A DNA stretch of 64,000 nucleotides from Oligoflexia bacterium (GTDB lineage Bacteria > Bdellovibrionota > UBA1018): positions 14,966 to 78,965 of the forward strand of contig JACMQW010000064.1 in assembly GCA_014376785.1 (NCBI GenBank). The letters run 5' to 3'. This document shows, one piece after another, positions 41,916-54,200 of this stretch. Every line of letters begins with the position of its first letter. Position 1 is the first letter of the stretch. The translations under genes and the position numbers were made by a program. A model generated the notes under the pieces. It saw only the letters and a list, made by a program, of their open reading frames with translations, was not told the DNA's origin and did not search any database.

Positions 41916-42217
41916 AAATCGCGCATAACCGACTCTCGCGGCGAACCCGTGACTGCTGAACGGATTCGCCGCACCTTGCTGCCCACTCCAAGCTTATTCG
42001 ACGGATGCCTGAAATTGCTCAATCCCTCGCCTGAGAAGCTTTTACTTCACCTTCACCCAATCAAAGAAATTGGCTCAGTCTCTGCACTTAGAGACGTGAA
42101 TGCCCGGTCTCCTCGAGACGGCCCGTCAGGTCGCCTCTATTAGGCAAGGTGTTGAAACAGGTATGTCATTGGAATAATTGGATTTTTCCATTAAGACTTA
42201 ACGCGTTAATTTTCGCA

Positions 42218-42244
42218 TTGACCCAACCCGGTAAAAAATATACT
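42218..42244 (+). promoter_or_regulatory. candidate sigma-70-like promoter (TTGACC-N15-TATACT) upstream of the sigma-54 activator gene
   Basis: Hexamers read directly. The spacer is short at 15 nt. The element lies between 12-bp inverted repeats at 42159..42170 and 42267..42278. Confidence 0.3.
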
Positions 42245-42325
42245 GTCCTGTTGGCCCTGAGGTAAAAATGACATACCTAAGGGTACACTTTACCGATACC
42301 AAACTCAGTCAGAGGTTTCTTCACC

Positions 42326-43921
42326 ATGCCCCCCGCAGCTCCACTCACCACCGCTTTGGCAGACCGTCAGTTGAATAAACTGAATACTCTGTCCATTGGG
42401 CTTCAGGGGTTATTGACCGCAGAGTCTTTCCAAGACTCTTTGATTCAATTGATGGAGCGAGAAATTCCGGAATTTGGCATCCAATTCTGGAGCGCTCCGT
42501 CCGTCACCCGACGTGAGGGCGGAACCTCAGAGGACCAGACTCCTCTTTCTCCGCGAGACGCTGTCCTTGCTTACGTTTTCCAAAAACGAACCGCTCTCTA
42601 TTTAGAAAGCATTCCATCTGAAGTTCGCGATGCGAGCCCGCTCCTTTCTCCGGGAGCGAAATCCGTTCATGCGATTCCTGTCCAATCCGAAAAGGAATTT
42701 TTAGGAATACTCGTCGTAGAAGCCACTGAATCCCTTGAATTTACGGAGGGAGACGAAGTTTTTTTCGGTCTCCTCGCGCAGCAAATTCACTCCGTCTTAA
42801 AAAATCGATTGGTTTTTAACGAAGCAAAAGCTTTCGCAATCGACTTACAAAGTGTCGTTCAAGAAAAGTCCATCGAATTAAGGCGCGCCCACGAGCACAT
42901 CGTTGATCAGCAAAAAGACCTTCAAAAAGAAAATAAAGCGCTGAAAACACTCATCGAAGCTGAAAACCGGGGACAAGATTTTATCGGCGAAAGCCCTGCC
43001 ACAAAAGAAGTCCTTTCCATGGTGGATAAAGTCGCGCCCACCTTGGCAACCGTGCTGATCCTGGGTGAAAGCGGCACCGGAAAAGAATTGATTGCGAAGC
43101 GAATTCATCAGCGCAGCTCGCGAGCAAAGTCGCCTTACGTCACTGTAAACTGCGCCGCGCTTCAAGAATCACTTCTGGAAAGTGAGCTTTTTGGGCACGA
43201 AAAAGGATCTTTCACTGGGGCAGTCCAGACTAAGATCGGACTTTGCGAAGTGGCGGACGGCGGGACCCTATTTTTGGATGAGATTGGCGAGATGACTCCC
43301 CAGATTCAGACGAAAATGCTGCGCTTCCTGCAAGAAGGCGAATTTTACCGGGTCGGTGGAAAAAAGCCGATTCGCGTGAATGTGCGGATCGTGAGCGCGA
43401 CTAATCGCGATCTTGCGGAAGAAGTGAAGTCCGGTCGCTTTCGCGAAGACCTTTATTACCGATTGAATACCATTGCTCTGAAAGTTCCCCCCCTGCGTTC
43501 ACGTAAAGAAGACATCGCTTCACTCTGCGACTATTTTATCAAGAACTCGAGATTTGGTGGAGCTTCCCACGTGAAACGCATCGACCCTCGCGTAATGACC
43601 GTTTTCGAAAACTACAGTTGGCCAGGAAACATCCGCGAACTTCAAAACACCATCGAGCGTTTAAAAATTCTTGCGGACGGTCCCGAAATTAAGCTCGAAG
43701 ACATTCCTCAGGGAATGAGAGCGCCCAAAGATTTTAAAAATACCGGTGATTCTGCCATCGGCACGCCCCTGGAAGAAGTTGAAAAAGGCCATATTTTGCG
43801 GACACTCGCCTACCACCAGGGCAACAAAACGAAAACTGCGGGCGTCCTCGGTATCACCATCAAGACTCTTTACAACAAACTTCATCGTTACGATTCTCCC
43901 GCCTCACCTTCTGACCCTTGA
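42326..43921 (+). CDS. sigma-54-dependent transcriptional activator with an N-terminal GAF-like sensor domain
   Basis: AAA+ sigma-54 interaction domain ([29 protein letters not shown]) and a C-terminal Fis-type HTH. Confidence 0.9.
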   Translation: MPPAAPLTTALADRQLNKLNTLSIGLQGLLTAESFQDSLIQLMEREIPEFGIQFWSAPSVTRREGGTSEDQTPLSPRDAVLAYVFQKRTALYLESIPSEVRDASPLLSPGAKSVHAIPVQSEKEFLGILVVEATESLEFTEGDEVFFGLLAQQIHSVLKNRLVFNEAKAFAIDLQSVVQEKSIELRRAHEHIVDQQKDLQKENKALKTLIEAENRGQDFIGESPATKEVLSMVDKVAPTLATVLILGESGTGKELIAKRIHQRSSRAKSPYVTVNCAALQESLLESELFGHEKGSFTGAVQTKIGLCEVADGGTLFLDEIGEMTPQIQTKMLRFLQEGEFYRVGGKKPIRVNVRIVSATNRDLAEEVKSGRFREDLYYRLNTIALKVPPLRSRKEDIASLCDYFIKNSRFGGASHVKRIDPRVMTVFENYSWPGNIRELQNTIERLKILADGPEIKLEDIPQGMRAPKDFKNTGDSAIGTPLEEVEKGHILRTLAYHQGNKTKTAGVLGITIKTLYNKLHRYDSPASPSDP

Positions 43922-43981
43922 TCTGACCCTTGAAAACGGTTCTTCTTTTTAATAGCTGACCCCCAACCCCTAGGAGCCTGC

Positions 43982-44407
43982 ATGTCGACAAAAGCCAAAA
44001 AAACCGCCGCACCGAAAGCAAAAACTGCCGAAAAAACCGCGAAAAGCACCGCTCCTTTAAAAGCTGGAAAGTCTGCCAAGAGCTCCAAAGAAGAACCAAT
44101 GGAAGACGAAATCGCGATTAACGCAGCAGCGGTAGCCTCTGCTGAAGAAGAAGCGGAAGAAGAGGAAGCGGTCGCTTCTTCAAATAGTTCTTCCGGTGGA
44201 AACGCTGCAGCTCTTGCCGCAGCAACCAGCTCAACTGAGATGTCTGCATCTTTCAAAAATTTCCGCCATCATCCCGACATGGAAAATTTTTACCGCTTTA
44301 TCTACGAGAACGATCTGCGGCTGGAAGCTTTGGCAATCATTGATGAGATGATGGTTGAACGGATGAATCGAAAAGCCATCAAAATGGCGAAAGCAAGTGC
44401 GCACTGA
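43982..44407 (+). CDS. protein with an N-terminal lysine/alanine-rich histone H1-like region, an acidic linker, and a conserved C-terminal domain
   Basis: MSTKAKKTAAPKAKTAEKTAKSTAPLKAGKSAKSSK, then an E/A-rich segment and a C-terminal FKNFRHHPDMENFYRFIYEND block. A strong terminator follows. Confidence 0.55.
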   Translation: MSTKAKKTAAPKAKTAEKTAKSTAPLKAGKSAKSSKEEPMEDEIAINAAAVASAEEEAEEEEAVASSNSSSGGNAAALAAATSSTEMSASFKNFRHHPDMENFYRFIYENDLRLEALAIIDEMMVERMNRKAIKMAKASAH

Positions 44408-44454
44408 TTCGCAGCCTTTGTTCCGATAGAAGATAGCCGACCAAAAAAGACAAA

Positions 44455-44501
44455 AAGAGAGAGGAATTCTGGCCATTGATCGGAATTCCTCTCTCTTTTT
44501 T
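44455..44501 (+). terminator. strong rho-independent terminator
   Basis: Perfect 14-bp inverted repeat (agagagaggaattc / gaattcctctctct) with a 13-nt loop, followed by T6. Confidence 0.75.
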
Positions 44502-44989
44502 GCATGAGCGGGAGTCGGTTAGATTGCAGCTTGGTCCCACTCACTCCCACCGCGGTCCTAAAATAATTTTTAGCTGTGTTTCATCAGCCCCTAAGCCACA
44601 GGAGTTACCGTTGTCTGATGGGTGATTCGGATACAAAGTTACTTGCAGCTCCGATGACTTGGACCCTGCTGGTTTGGTCTGCTTGCGGTGCGTTCGGATT
44701 ACTGAATGCACCTTCACCCTTCATACGTAGCCAGGTCGCTATCCCTTCGGTGATGGCGGGCGCGACAACACCCGCGCTGAGTCGACACTCCCGAGGCACA
44801 CGTATGAAGCGGTCGACACCCCGCTTCACTTTTGATTTTAAAAAATTTTTCTACGGTCCCCTTTTCCCGAACAATCCCCCCATTCAGAAAGGCTCTCGGG
44901 TCACCTAAATGCAATCTCCTCTCAATTCTCCTGCACCAGAACAAATCGAGCCTTGGCGTAAGGGTGTGATTTTAGATAGCATGACCGCC

Positions 44990-45670
44990 ATGCGCGTACT
45001 TGTGGTCGAAGACCAACGAAAGATGGGAAAGTTTATCCAGCAGGGTTTAACGGAAGCTGGGTACTCCGTTGATCTCGCTGAAACGGGGCAGGGCGGCGAA
45101 ATGCTAGCCTCTGAAAATGAATATGACTTAGTCATTCTCGATGTGATGCTGCCGGATCAGAACGGGCTGGATACCGCACGGCACCTCAGAAACGACGGCT
45201 TTGAAAAGCCCATTCTGATGCTCACTGCCCTTTCCGGCACAAAAGATAAAGTGGCCGGCCTCGACTCCGGGGCGGACGATTACCTCACGAAGCCTTTTGA
45301 ATTTGACGAACTCTTAGCGCGCGTACGCGCACTACTCCGTCGTCAAACAAGCGGTGGCGTGGGATCTGTGCTTCGTTTTGAAGACATTGAAATGGATCTA
45401 GTGAAACGAAAATCACGCCGAGGCGAAACTGAGCTGACGTTGACTCAGAAGGAATTTTCACTCCTAGAATATTTCTTACGAAATCCCGATCGGCCACTCA
45501 CACGGACTGCGATTGCCGAACACGTCTGGGACGCAAGATTCGACAGTGATTCAAATGTGATCGATGTTTACATTAACATGCTTCGCAAAAAAGTCGATCA
45601 ACCCTTCCCGGTGAAGCTCATCCACACAGTGGTCGGCGTGGGTTATGTTCTGAAGCGGCAAGATCATTAA
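44990..45670 (+). CDS. OmpR-family DNA-binding response regulator
   Basis: MRVLVVEDQ start, phospho-acceptor region (LVILDVMLPD), and a winged-helix output (LTQKEFSLLEYFLRNPDRPLTR). Confidence 0.9.
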   Translation: MRVLVVEDQRKMGKFIQQGLTEAGYSVDLAETGQGGEMLASENEYDLVILDVMLPDQNGLDTARHLRNDGFEKPILMLTALSGTKDKVAGLDSGADDYLTKPFEFDELLARVRALLRRQTSGGVGSVLRFEDIEMDLVKRKSRRGETELTLTQKEFSLLEYFLRNPDRPLTRTAIAEHVWDARFDSDSNVIDVYINMLRKKVDQPFPVKLIHTVVGVGYVLKRQDH

Positions 45671-45719
45671 CCCTTTTCGTTTTTTTCGACAGCTTGGCTT
45701 TCGCGCCCAGCTCGTTTCC

Positions 45720-47132
45720 ATGCTTTTGATGGTTTTGGGAACGACACTGGTCGTGTATTCCGTCGTCCTTTATCGAAACTTCGTGAAAATTCACGAGTCG
45801 GAATTCGATACTGCTCTCTATAATTACACCGTAGACATTGCGAAATCTTTGAATGTGAACCTTTTCGGAGAGGTGTTTCTTTCCGATGATGTCCGTCACG
45901 CTGACGAAAAAATCTTCCCCTTCGCGCTTGAAAGGACCCTCATCCAACTCCGAACGACTCGGGGCGCAGTGATCGCTAAGTCGAGAGATTTAGGCGAAGC
46001 GGTGCTCCCCATCACCGATACCGGGCTTGACCAAATCATTCGGCAGCGCACTTCGTTCATGACCGAAGACCTTCAGATCCGAGAGGCAAAACCCACTCGA
46101 TATCGCATTGCAAATCTCTTCATCGATCAACCAGGCGATAGAGACTATGTTCTGCAAGTCGCTTCCCCGATGATCTTGCTTGAACGTGAACGGCGCGGCC
46201 TCCTTGCGTTCTTTCTCCTCTCCATTCCGGCAACCCTCGGCATCGCGGGGGTTCTCTCCTACACGCTCTCTGGCCAAGCCACTAAACCCATCAACGACAT
46301 CATCAATAAAGCCAAGGCCATCACGGCGCGAAAAATCAACGAGCGGCTGCCCGTGCCGAAAGTGAAAGACGAAATTTATCAACTCGCTACAACATTAAAC
46401 GGTCTTCTGGAACGCCTTCAAAAAGCGTTTATGTCCCAGGAAGCGTTCGTCGCAGATGCCTCGCACCAACTCAAAACACCTTTGGCTATCTTACGCGGCG
46501 AGATCGATATGGCGATGAAAGAAAATCGCACGGGGGAGGAGCAGCGCGCGTTCCTGGAAAGCGCCTCGCAAGAAATTCGCTACCTTTCACGGATGGTCGA
46601 ACAACTCCTCATCATTGCCAGGCTCGAGTCTGGGCACTCGGGAATCATGGAACGGCACCCCACTCGACTCGATGAACTTGCCATCGAAGTCATTTCTCGA
46701 ATGGAAAAACATGCTTCCATTGCCTCAAAGAAAACGAAATTAGCCTTTCGCTTTGAGGGTGATGACGACCACGCAGATTACACGATGCTCGGAGATTTTG
46801 ATTTGCTTCGAACCCTCATGGAGTCCCTGATTGATAACGCGTTAAAATACACGCGTCCGGACACCACCGTGGCGGTAGAAGTTCGCGACCATGGAAAAAA
46901 CATTGAGTTTCGTGTCACCGACCAAGGCGAGGGCCTAGGTGAGGAAGAGAAAGAAAGAATTTTCGGCCGGTTTTGGCGCTCCCCTAAAGTCGAGAATTCC
47001 CCGGTGAAGGGCTCTGGCTTAGGATTGTCGATCGTGAAAAAAATCGCGGATGCTCACCATGCAAGCCTCGAGGTGAATTCGACGCCAGGGGTCGGAAGTC
47101 AGTTCTCGGTTATTTTTCCAAAAGAATCGTAG
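45720..47132 (+). CDS. two-component sensor histidine kinase (cognate to the upstream regulator)
   Basis: Two TM helices, a HAMP-like linker, HisKA (ADASHQLKTPLA), and HATPase_c (GSGLGLSIVKKIA). Confidence 0.9.
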   Translation: MLLMVLGTTLVVYSVVLYRNFVKIHESEFDTALYNYTVDIAKSLNVNLFGEVFLSDDVRHADEKIFPFALERTLIQLRTTRGAVIAKSRDLGEAVLPITDTGLDQIIRQRTSFMTEDLQIREAKPTRYRIANLFIDQPGDRDYVLQVASPMILLERERRGLLAFFLLSIPATLGIAGVLSYTLSGQATKPINDIINKAKAITARKINERLPVPKVKDEIYQLATTLNGLLERLQKAFMSQEAFVADASHQLKTPLAILRGEIDMAMKENRTGEEQRAFLESASQEIRYLSRMVEQLLIIARLESGHSGIMERHPTRLDELAIEVISRMEKHASIASKKTKLAFRFEGDDDHADYTMLGDFDLLRTLMESLIDNALKYTRPDTTVAVEVRDHGKNIEFRVTDQGEGLGEEEKERIFGRFWRSPKVENSPVKGSGLGLSIVKKIADAHHASLEVNSTPGVGSQFSVIFPKES

Positions 47133-47188
47133 AGAAGCACTGTCCGCAACTCGTATCTCACCGACTTTTCAGCTAGACTGGGCCGGTC

Positions 47189-48354
47189 ATGATGAAAAAC
47201 TACTTGCTCGCACCTGGCCCTACTCCCGTTCCTGAACGCGTTGCCGCTATCCTGGGGATGCCCATTCCTCACCACCGAACGCCTGGATTCGAAAAAGTAT
47301 TCAGTGAAGTGCGAGCAGGCCTGAAGTGGGTCTTCCAGACCGAGCAGGAAGTGATCATGCTCACCTGCACAGGAACCGGAGCGATGGAGGCGGCTGTCTC
47401 TAACCTTTTTAAACGTGGCCAAAAAGTCATCACCGTGAACACCGGAAAATTCGGAGAACGCTGGACGAAAGTCGCGCAAAGCTATGAACTTGCAGTCTTG
47501 GAGATTAAGCTCCCTCCCGGCCTTCCATTCGATCCGGCTATTTTAGAAGAAGTCTGTGCAGCGAATCCCGATGCGGAGGCTATCTTGTTTCAGGCTTCGG
47601 AAACTTCCACTGGATCTCGCATGCCGGTGAGCGACATCGTCGGCTTAGCAAAAAAATATAAAATGCTCTCGGTTTGCGACGCGATTACTGCACTCGGAGT
47701 ATTCGACCTTCCCATGGACGCTTGGGGAATCGACGTACTCATTACAGGTTCACAAAAAGCGATGATGATCCCACCCGGACTCGCATTCATCGCGCTGTCG
47801 GAAACCGCCTGGAAAAAAACAGCCGAGTCCGATCTGCCGAAGTTCTACTTCAACCTCGCAAAAGAGAAAAAAGCGCACCTGACGAATCAAACGGCTTGGA
47901 CTCCGGCTATTTCCCTCATCATGGGTCTCCACGAATCCCTTAAGATGATGAAGGAAGAGGGACTTGAGAAACTTTTCAAACGCCACGAACTCCTAGCGCT
48001 CGCCACTCGCAATGCAGTAAAAGCCCTCGGGCTCGACGTGTTATCTGCAAAATCGCCTTCTCCCGCAGTCACCGCAGTATTGGTCCCTCCTTCGGTGAAA
48101 GAGGGGAAAAAAATTCCAAAACTAATGCGGGATAAATACGGAGTAACGATCGCGGGTGGGCAGGACGAACTGGAAGGGAAAATTTTCCGCCTCTCTCATT
48201 TCGGTTATTGTTCTTATTTCGACATTACGACCGGGATTTCATGCCTTGAATTGGTGCTGGCTGAACTCGGACATCCGGTAAACTTCGGTGCCGGAGTGGG
48301 GGCGGTCCTAAAAACTTTCGCCGACGACGAAATAAAGTCGGGAGGATTGAAAAT

Positions 48355-48358
<4 letters not shown>
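47189..48358 (+). CDS. class V aminotransferase (serine-pyruvate/phosphoserine aminotransferase-like)
   Basis: AGXT/SerC-like fold with a PLP-lysine region (ITGSQKAMM). It is translationally coupled to the downstream serA-like gene. Confidence 0.85.
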
Positions 48359-50665
<2,307 letters not shown>

Positions 50666-50771
50666 TCGAAGCCTAGGAGCGCAATGCGGCGTAAATAAAA
50701 ACGCCCTTTATGAAATTGATCATTGCAGACAGTCGAGGGGTTAGATAAAGACTGGTTCGTCCCTCAGTCGG

Positions 50772-50847
50772 TGAGTCGTTAGCTCAGCTGGTAGAGCATC
50801 ACACTTTTAATGTGAGGGTCGATGGTTCGAACCCATCACGACTCACC
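50772..50847 (+). tRNA. tRNA-Lys (anticodon UUU)
   Basis: Acceptor GAGTCGT/ACGACTC, anticodon loop CTTTTAA, T-arm GGTTCGAAC, CCA encoded, followed by a T-run. Confidence 0.9.
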
Positions 50848-50878
50848 ATTTTTTCCAGACTGACCCAGAACTTCTCTT

Positions 50879-52369
50879 TCAGAGCTTTAACGCCACTAAG
50901 TGACCGAGAAGTTTTTTAAAATTACCGGACACGTATTCAGACTTCTTCTCTTCAATAAACCGCTCCAGAACGAACGGACGCGTTTGATCGAAGAGAGCGC
51001 TGACGAGATCGTGAGCCACAATAAAGACAACACCCAGAGGGCTGATGTGCTGGTAAGCCAAACCTCGGGGGAAACCGCTCCCATTCGGACGCTCGTGGTG
51101 CTGCAGAATAATGGTGTCGATGTCGGGTGGAACTTCCTGGAGCTGTTTTGCAAGCTCGGAAGTTTTCACCGGGTGGGTTTTGTACTGCTTTAATTCTTCT
51201 TCCGTAAACTCTGCTTTTCGGTTTGCGAGCTCAGTCAGGTTATCGACTTTCGCCAGCGCTTGATTGGTAAAAACCGTATCGTGCATGAATGCCGCTAGGG
51301 TTAATTTCTGTAATGTCGGTTCAGATTTCCAGTCCATGGCGATGGCCAGGGTGCATGCAATCTGAGGCAGAAGGACGCTATGGGAAGAAATGTATTTATC
51401 GCGGTCGATTTCTAACTTTCCGAGAATATCGGAGAGTTTCGGGCTTTTTCCCATCGCTTTAATGGTGAGCGAAACATTCGCCTTGATGACTTCTTGGATT
51501 TCCGCGGTCATGCCTAATTTATTCAAGAGTTCCGAAGTGGTTTCATGGATTGCTTCGAGAAGTTCCGGATAGACGTTTTCAGGGAGAGTTTCGGCCTGAA
51601 CCAAAACCAACAGGTCATTTTTGAACTTATTCAAAAACTCAGAACATTCATCCTTGCGAAGAAAGAGGTGCTCTAAGCTTTTTTCATTCAAAATACGTTG
51701 ATAGTCGTTTGATTCGAATTGGTCGCCTTCGCGAAACATTTTTACATACTTGGTCGGCGAAAGGCGAATGTAGACTCCGGCCTGAAGGAGTCCGACTCGG
51801 ATGAGTAAAGTCGTCTTGATTCGGCAGGTATCATCATCGGTGAGCTGCTTATCTGAGTCTGGAGTCGTGCGAGAATTCACGTCGGTAAAATGCGGGAACA
51901 GAAGATTTAACGTCGAGTCGATGAGTTTCGCCGTCGAAGCGAACCCGAGAATGTTCATCTTCTGCAGGACCGGATCATCCTCCGGCTTTTTCGCAGCACA
52001 AACGATGGTTCGAATTTGATCCTTGTCTTCTCGAGTGCGGTTTAAGGAAATAATGTGCCGGAAAAGCACGTCGCTAATTCCTGGATACTCACAAATCACG
52101 ATTCGGATCGCTCCATGGTCAGCGAGCGATTGAATGGCCGCTTTCGCCGTACCCGCTTCAAAGGGCTTCACTCCAGTCCGGCTCTCCACAGAAAAACCAA
52201 GCATTTCCCTAATTTCAGTGTGGTGCAGAGCAAGAAGAATTTGCATGAGGTGCTTACAGGGTAGCAAAGGGCGTTGAGGTAGCAATGACGGTGTTTTGGC
52301 AGGAAAGTCTCGGAAATTGACTCGACGCTCTTTCATAATCCGGCGAGGAAGGATAATACTGAGTTTCAC
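50879..52369 (-). CDS. HD-GYP domain c-di-GMP phosphodiesterase with a receiver-like N-terminal region
   Basis: HD (AAFMHDT) and HHERPNGSGFPRGL (HD-GYP signature). The start is uncertain; an alternative start is at MQILL. Confidence 0.8.
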   Translation of the reverse strand: MKLSIILPRRIMKERRVNFRDFPAKTPSLLPQRPLLPCKHLMQILLALHHTEIREMLGFSVESRTGVKPFEAGTAKAAIQSLADHGAIRIVICEYPGISDVLFRHIISLNRTREDKDQIRTIVCAAKKPEDDPVLQKMNILGFASTAKLIDSTLNLLFPHFTDVNSRTTPDSDKQLTDDDTCRIKTTLLIRVGLLQAGVYIRLSPTKYVKMFREGDQFESNDYQRILNEKSLEHLFLRKDECSEFLNKFKNDLLVLVQAETLPENVYPELLEAIHETTSELLNKLGMTAEIQEVIKANVSLTIKAMGKSPKLSDILGKLEIDRDKYISSHSVLLPQIACTLAIAMDWKSEPTLQKLTLAAFMHDTVFTNQALAKVDNLTELANRKAEFTEEELKQYKTHPVKTSELAKQLQEVPPDIDTIILQHHERPNGSGFPRGLAYQHISPLGVVFIVAHDLVSALFDQTRPFVLERFIEEKKSEYVSGNFKKLLGHLVALKL

Positions 52370-52400
52370 CCTTTAGTCCCCCACCCGAAGCGAGAAAATC

Positions 52401-53411
52401 ATGGAATTCACATACGTCCAGACGCCCGACCTCCACATCGAACGCCGTAAAGAAATGATGAAAAAATATCCAGCCGAACTTCGTGCCTTGATGGGAAACC
52501 ATCCGATGAGCGCCTTCTGGATCCTTCTCTGTGTCGGAGTCCAATTCACGGCTGCGTATTTTCTGAAGGATTCGAGCCTATGGCTTGTCCTTTTGGCTGC
52601 CTGGGTTTTTGGCGCCTGGTTCAATCATGCGCTTTACGTTTTTATCCACGACTCCACCCACAACCTCGTTTTCAAGAGCGAATTCGCGAACCGGGTGATG
52701 GGAATGGTTTGCGACTTCTCACTCGTTACCCCGAGCGCAATGGCATTTCGCAAGTACCACCTCATGCACCATGCGCGCATGGGACAGTTCGAATACGACG
52801 CCGACCTCGTCACCGAACGCGAAGCAAAATTGATCGGTAATAATCCTCTTAAGAAGACGCTTTGGGTTCTGTTTCTAGGTATTTCCCAAGCAATGCGTCC
52901 GATGCGGATGGCTGCCCGGGGCTTCTGGGATCGCTGGATCGTGGCGAATTCTCTGCTCCAAGTCGCCGTGATGGTAGCGGCGTTCTATTTCATCGGTCCC
53001 CTGGCCGTGCTGTACCTCTTTGCCTCCAGCATTTTTGGTTTGGGATTACATCCACTGGGCGCTCGCTGGATCGCTGAACACTTTCTGACCGACCCAAAGC
53101 AGGAAACTTATTCTTACTACGGTCCGATGAACCTTCTCATGTTCAACGTCGGCTACCACATGGAACACCACGATCTGATGACGATTCCATGGAATCGCCT
53201 GCCCCGTATCCGGGAAGTTGCGCCAGAATTTTACCGTGACTTAAAGTTTTATCAGTCCTACCCGAAACTTCTGATTCAGTTTATCACCGACCCTAAACTG
53301 AGCCTTTACAGCCGCATTTTGCGGAAGAATTCACGCGAAACGGAAGAAACGGTTGGATCGATGACTTCTGCATCTCAGAGCGCAACGAACCCTGTAAGCC
53401 TCGCTCACTAA
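52401..53411 (+). CDS. sphingolipid delta4-desaturase (DEGS/Des1-like) family fatty-acid desaturase
   Basis: N-terminal Lipid_DES-like segment (EFTYVQTPDLHIERRKEMMKKYPAELRAL) plus three His boxes (HDSTHN, HLMHHAR, HMEHHD) with the DEGS spacing. Confidence 0.8.
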   Translation: MEFTYVQTPDLHIERRKEMMKKYPAELRALMGNHPMSAFWILLCVGVQFTAAYFLKDSSLWLVLLAAWVFGAWFNHALYVFIHDSTHNLVFKSEFANRVMGMVCDFSLVTPSAMAFRKYHLMHHARMGQFEYDADLVTEREAKLIGNNPLKKTLWVLFLGISQAMRPMRMAARGFWDRWIVANSLLQVAVMVAAFYFIGPLAVLYLFASSIFGLGLHPLGARWIAEHFLTDPKQETYSYYGPMNLLMFNVGYHMEHHDLMTIPWNRLPRIREVAPEFYRDLKFYQSYPKLLIQFITDPKLSLYSRILRKNSRETEETVGSMTSASQSATNPVSLAH

Positions 53412-53516
53412 AAGTCATTTCATTCTAAAACAGAAAGAGGGATTCATCGGCGCCGAATTGGCCACGATGGGTCCCTTTTTTTATTGGACTCTTCAAGCAA
53501 CGGACTTTTAGGAATT

Positions 53517-54110
53517 TTAGGGCCAAAGCCTGCCGATTTTCCATTTCCCCGCCTCGCGCTGATAAGTGAAACGTTCATGGAGACGATTCACCCGATCTTC
53601 CCAAAATTCAAAATATTCGGCCTTCAGTGCAAATCCACCCCAGCGCTCAGGACGCGGAATGGGCTGGCCCTCAAATGAACGTGTGAGTTCAGCCACCCGA
53701 GTTTCCATGGCTTCGTAAGAGTCGAGTGGGTGGCTCTGCTCGGATGCGACGGCGCCGATTTGGCTGCCTCGACCGCGCGAATTCCAGTAGGCACCGGAAT
53801 CTTCAGCAGAAAGCTTTTCGATTGCTCCCTCCACTCGTATTTGACGACCTAAATGCGGCCAGTAGAAAAGAAGCTGAGCACGAGGATTTTCGATGAGCTC
53901 TCCCGCTTTACGGCTTTCATAATTCGTAAAAAATCGAAAATCTTGGTTAAAGACGACCCCTTTCAGCAGCACCATTCTACCGGACGGGCGTGCATCTTTC
54001 GTCGCAGTGATGAGAACCATGGAATCATGCTGGGGAAGCCCTGCCGCTTTCGCTTGATCAAAACAAGATGAGAAAAAATCGTATGGGTTCTGAAAGGGTA
54101 CCGAAGTCAT
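53517..54110 (-). CDS. pdxH: pyridoxamine 5-prime-phosphate oxidase
   Basis: FMN-binding split barrel and a C-terminal PNPOx dimerisation segment (YFEFWEDRVNRLHERFTY). Confidence 0.9.
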   Translation of the reverse strand: MTSVPFQNPYDFFSSCFDQAKAAGLPQHDSMVLITATKDARPSGRMVLLKGVVFNQDFRFFTNYESRKAGELIENPRAQLLFYWPHLGRQIRVEGAIEKLSAEDSGAYWNSRGRGSQIGAVASEQSHPLDSYEAMETRVAELTRSFEGQPIPRPERWGGFALKAEYFEFWEDRVNRLHERFTYQREAGKWKIGRLWP

Positions 54111-54200
54111 AGAAAGTCTCCTGAATTCAAATCATTCTCAAGTAGCCAGCGACCGCGATCTTCCCTTAAGATCGAGTCGAACTCCAGGAGACTTCGACCC

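Noticed and set aside
44576-44908. 110-aa ORF in the long intergenic region
   Set aside because: No ribosome-binding site, no recognisable features, and it runs across a terminator-like hairpin. The region is more likely noncoding RNA or leader.
44408-44989. c-di-GMP (GEMM) or other known riboswitch in the long intergenic region
   Set aside because: None of the conserved GEMM, cobalamin, RNase P, tmRNA or SRP sequence blocks could be found by eye. It is left as an unexplained noncoding region.
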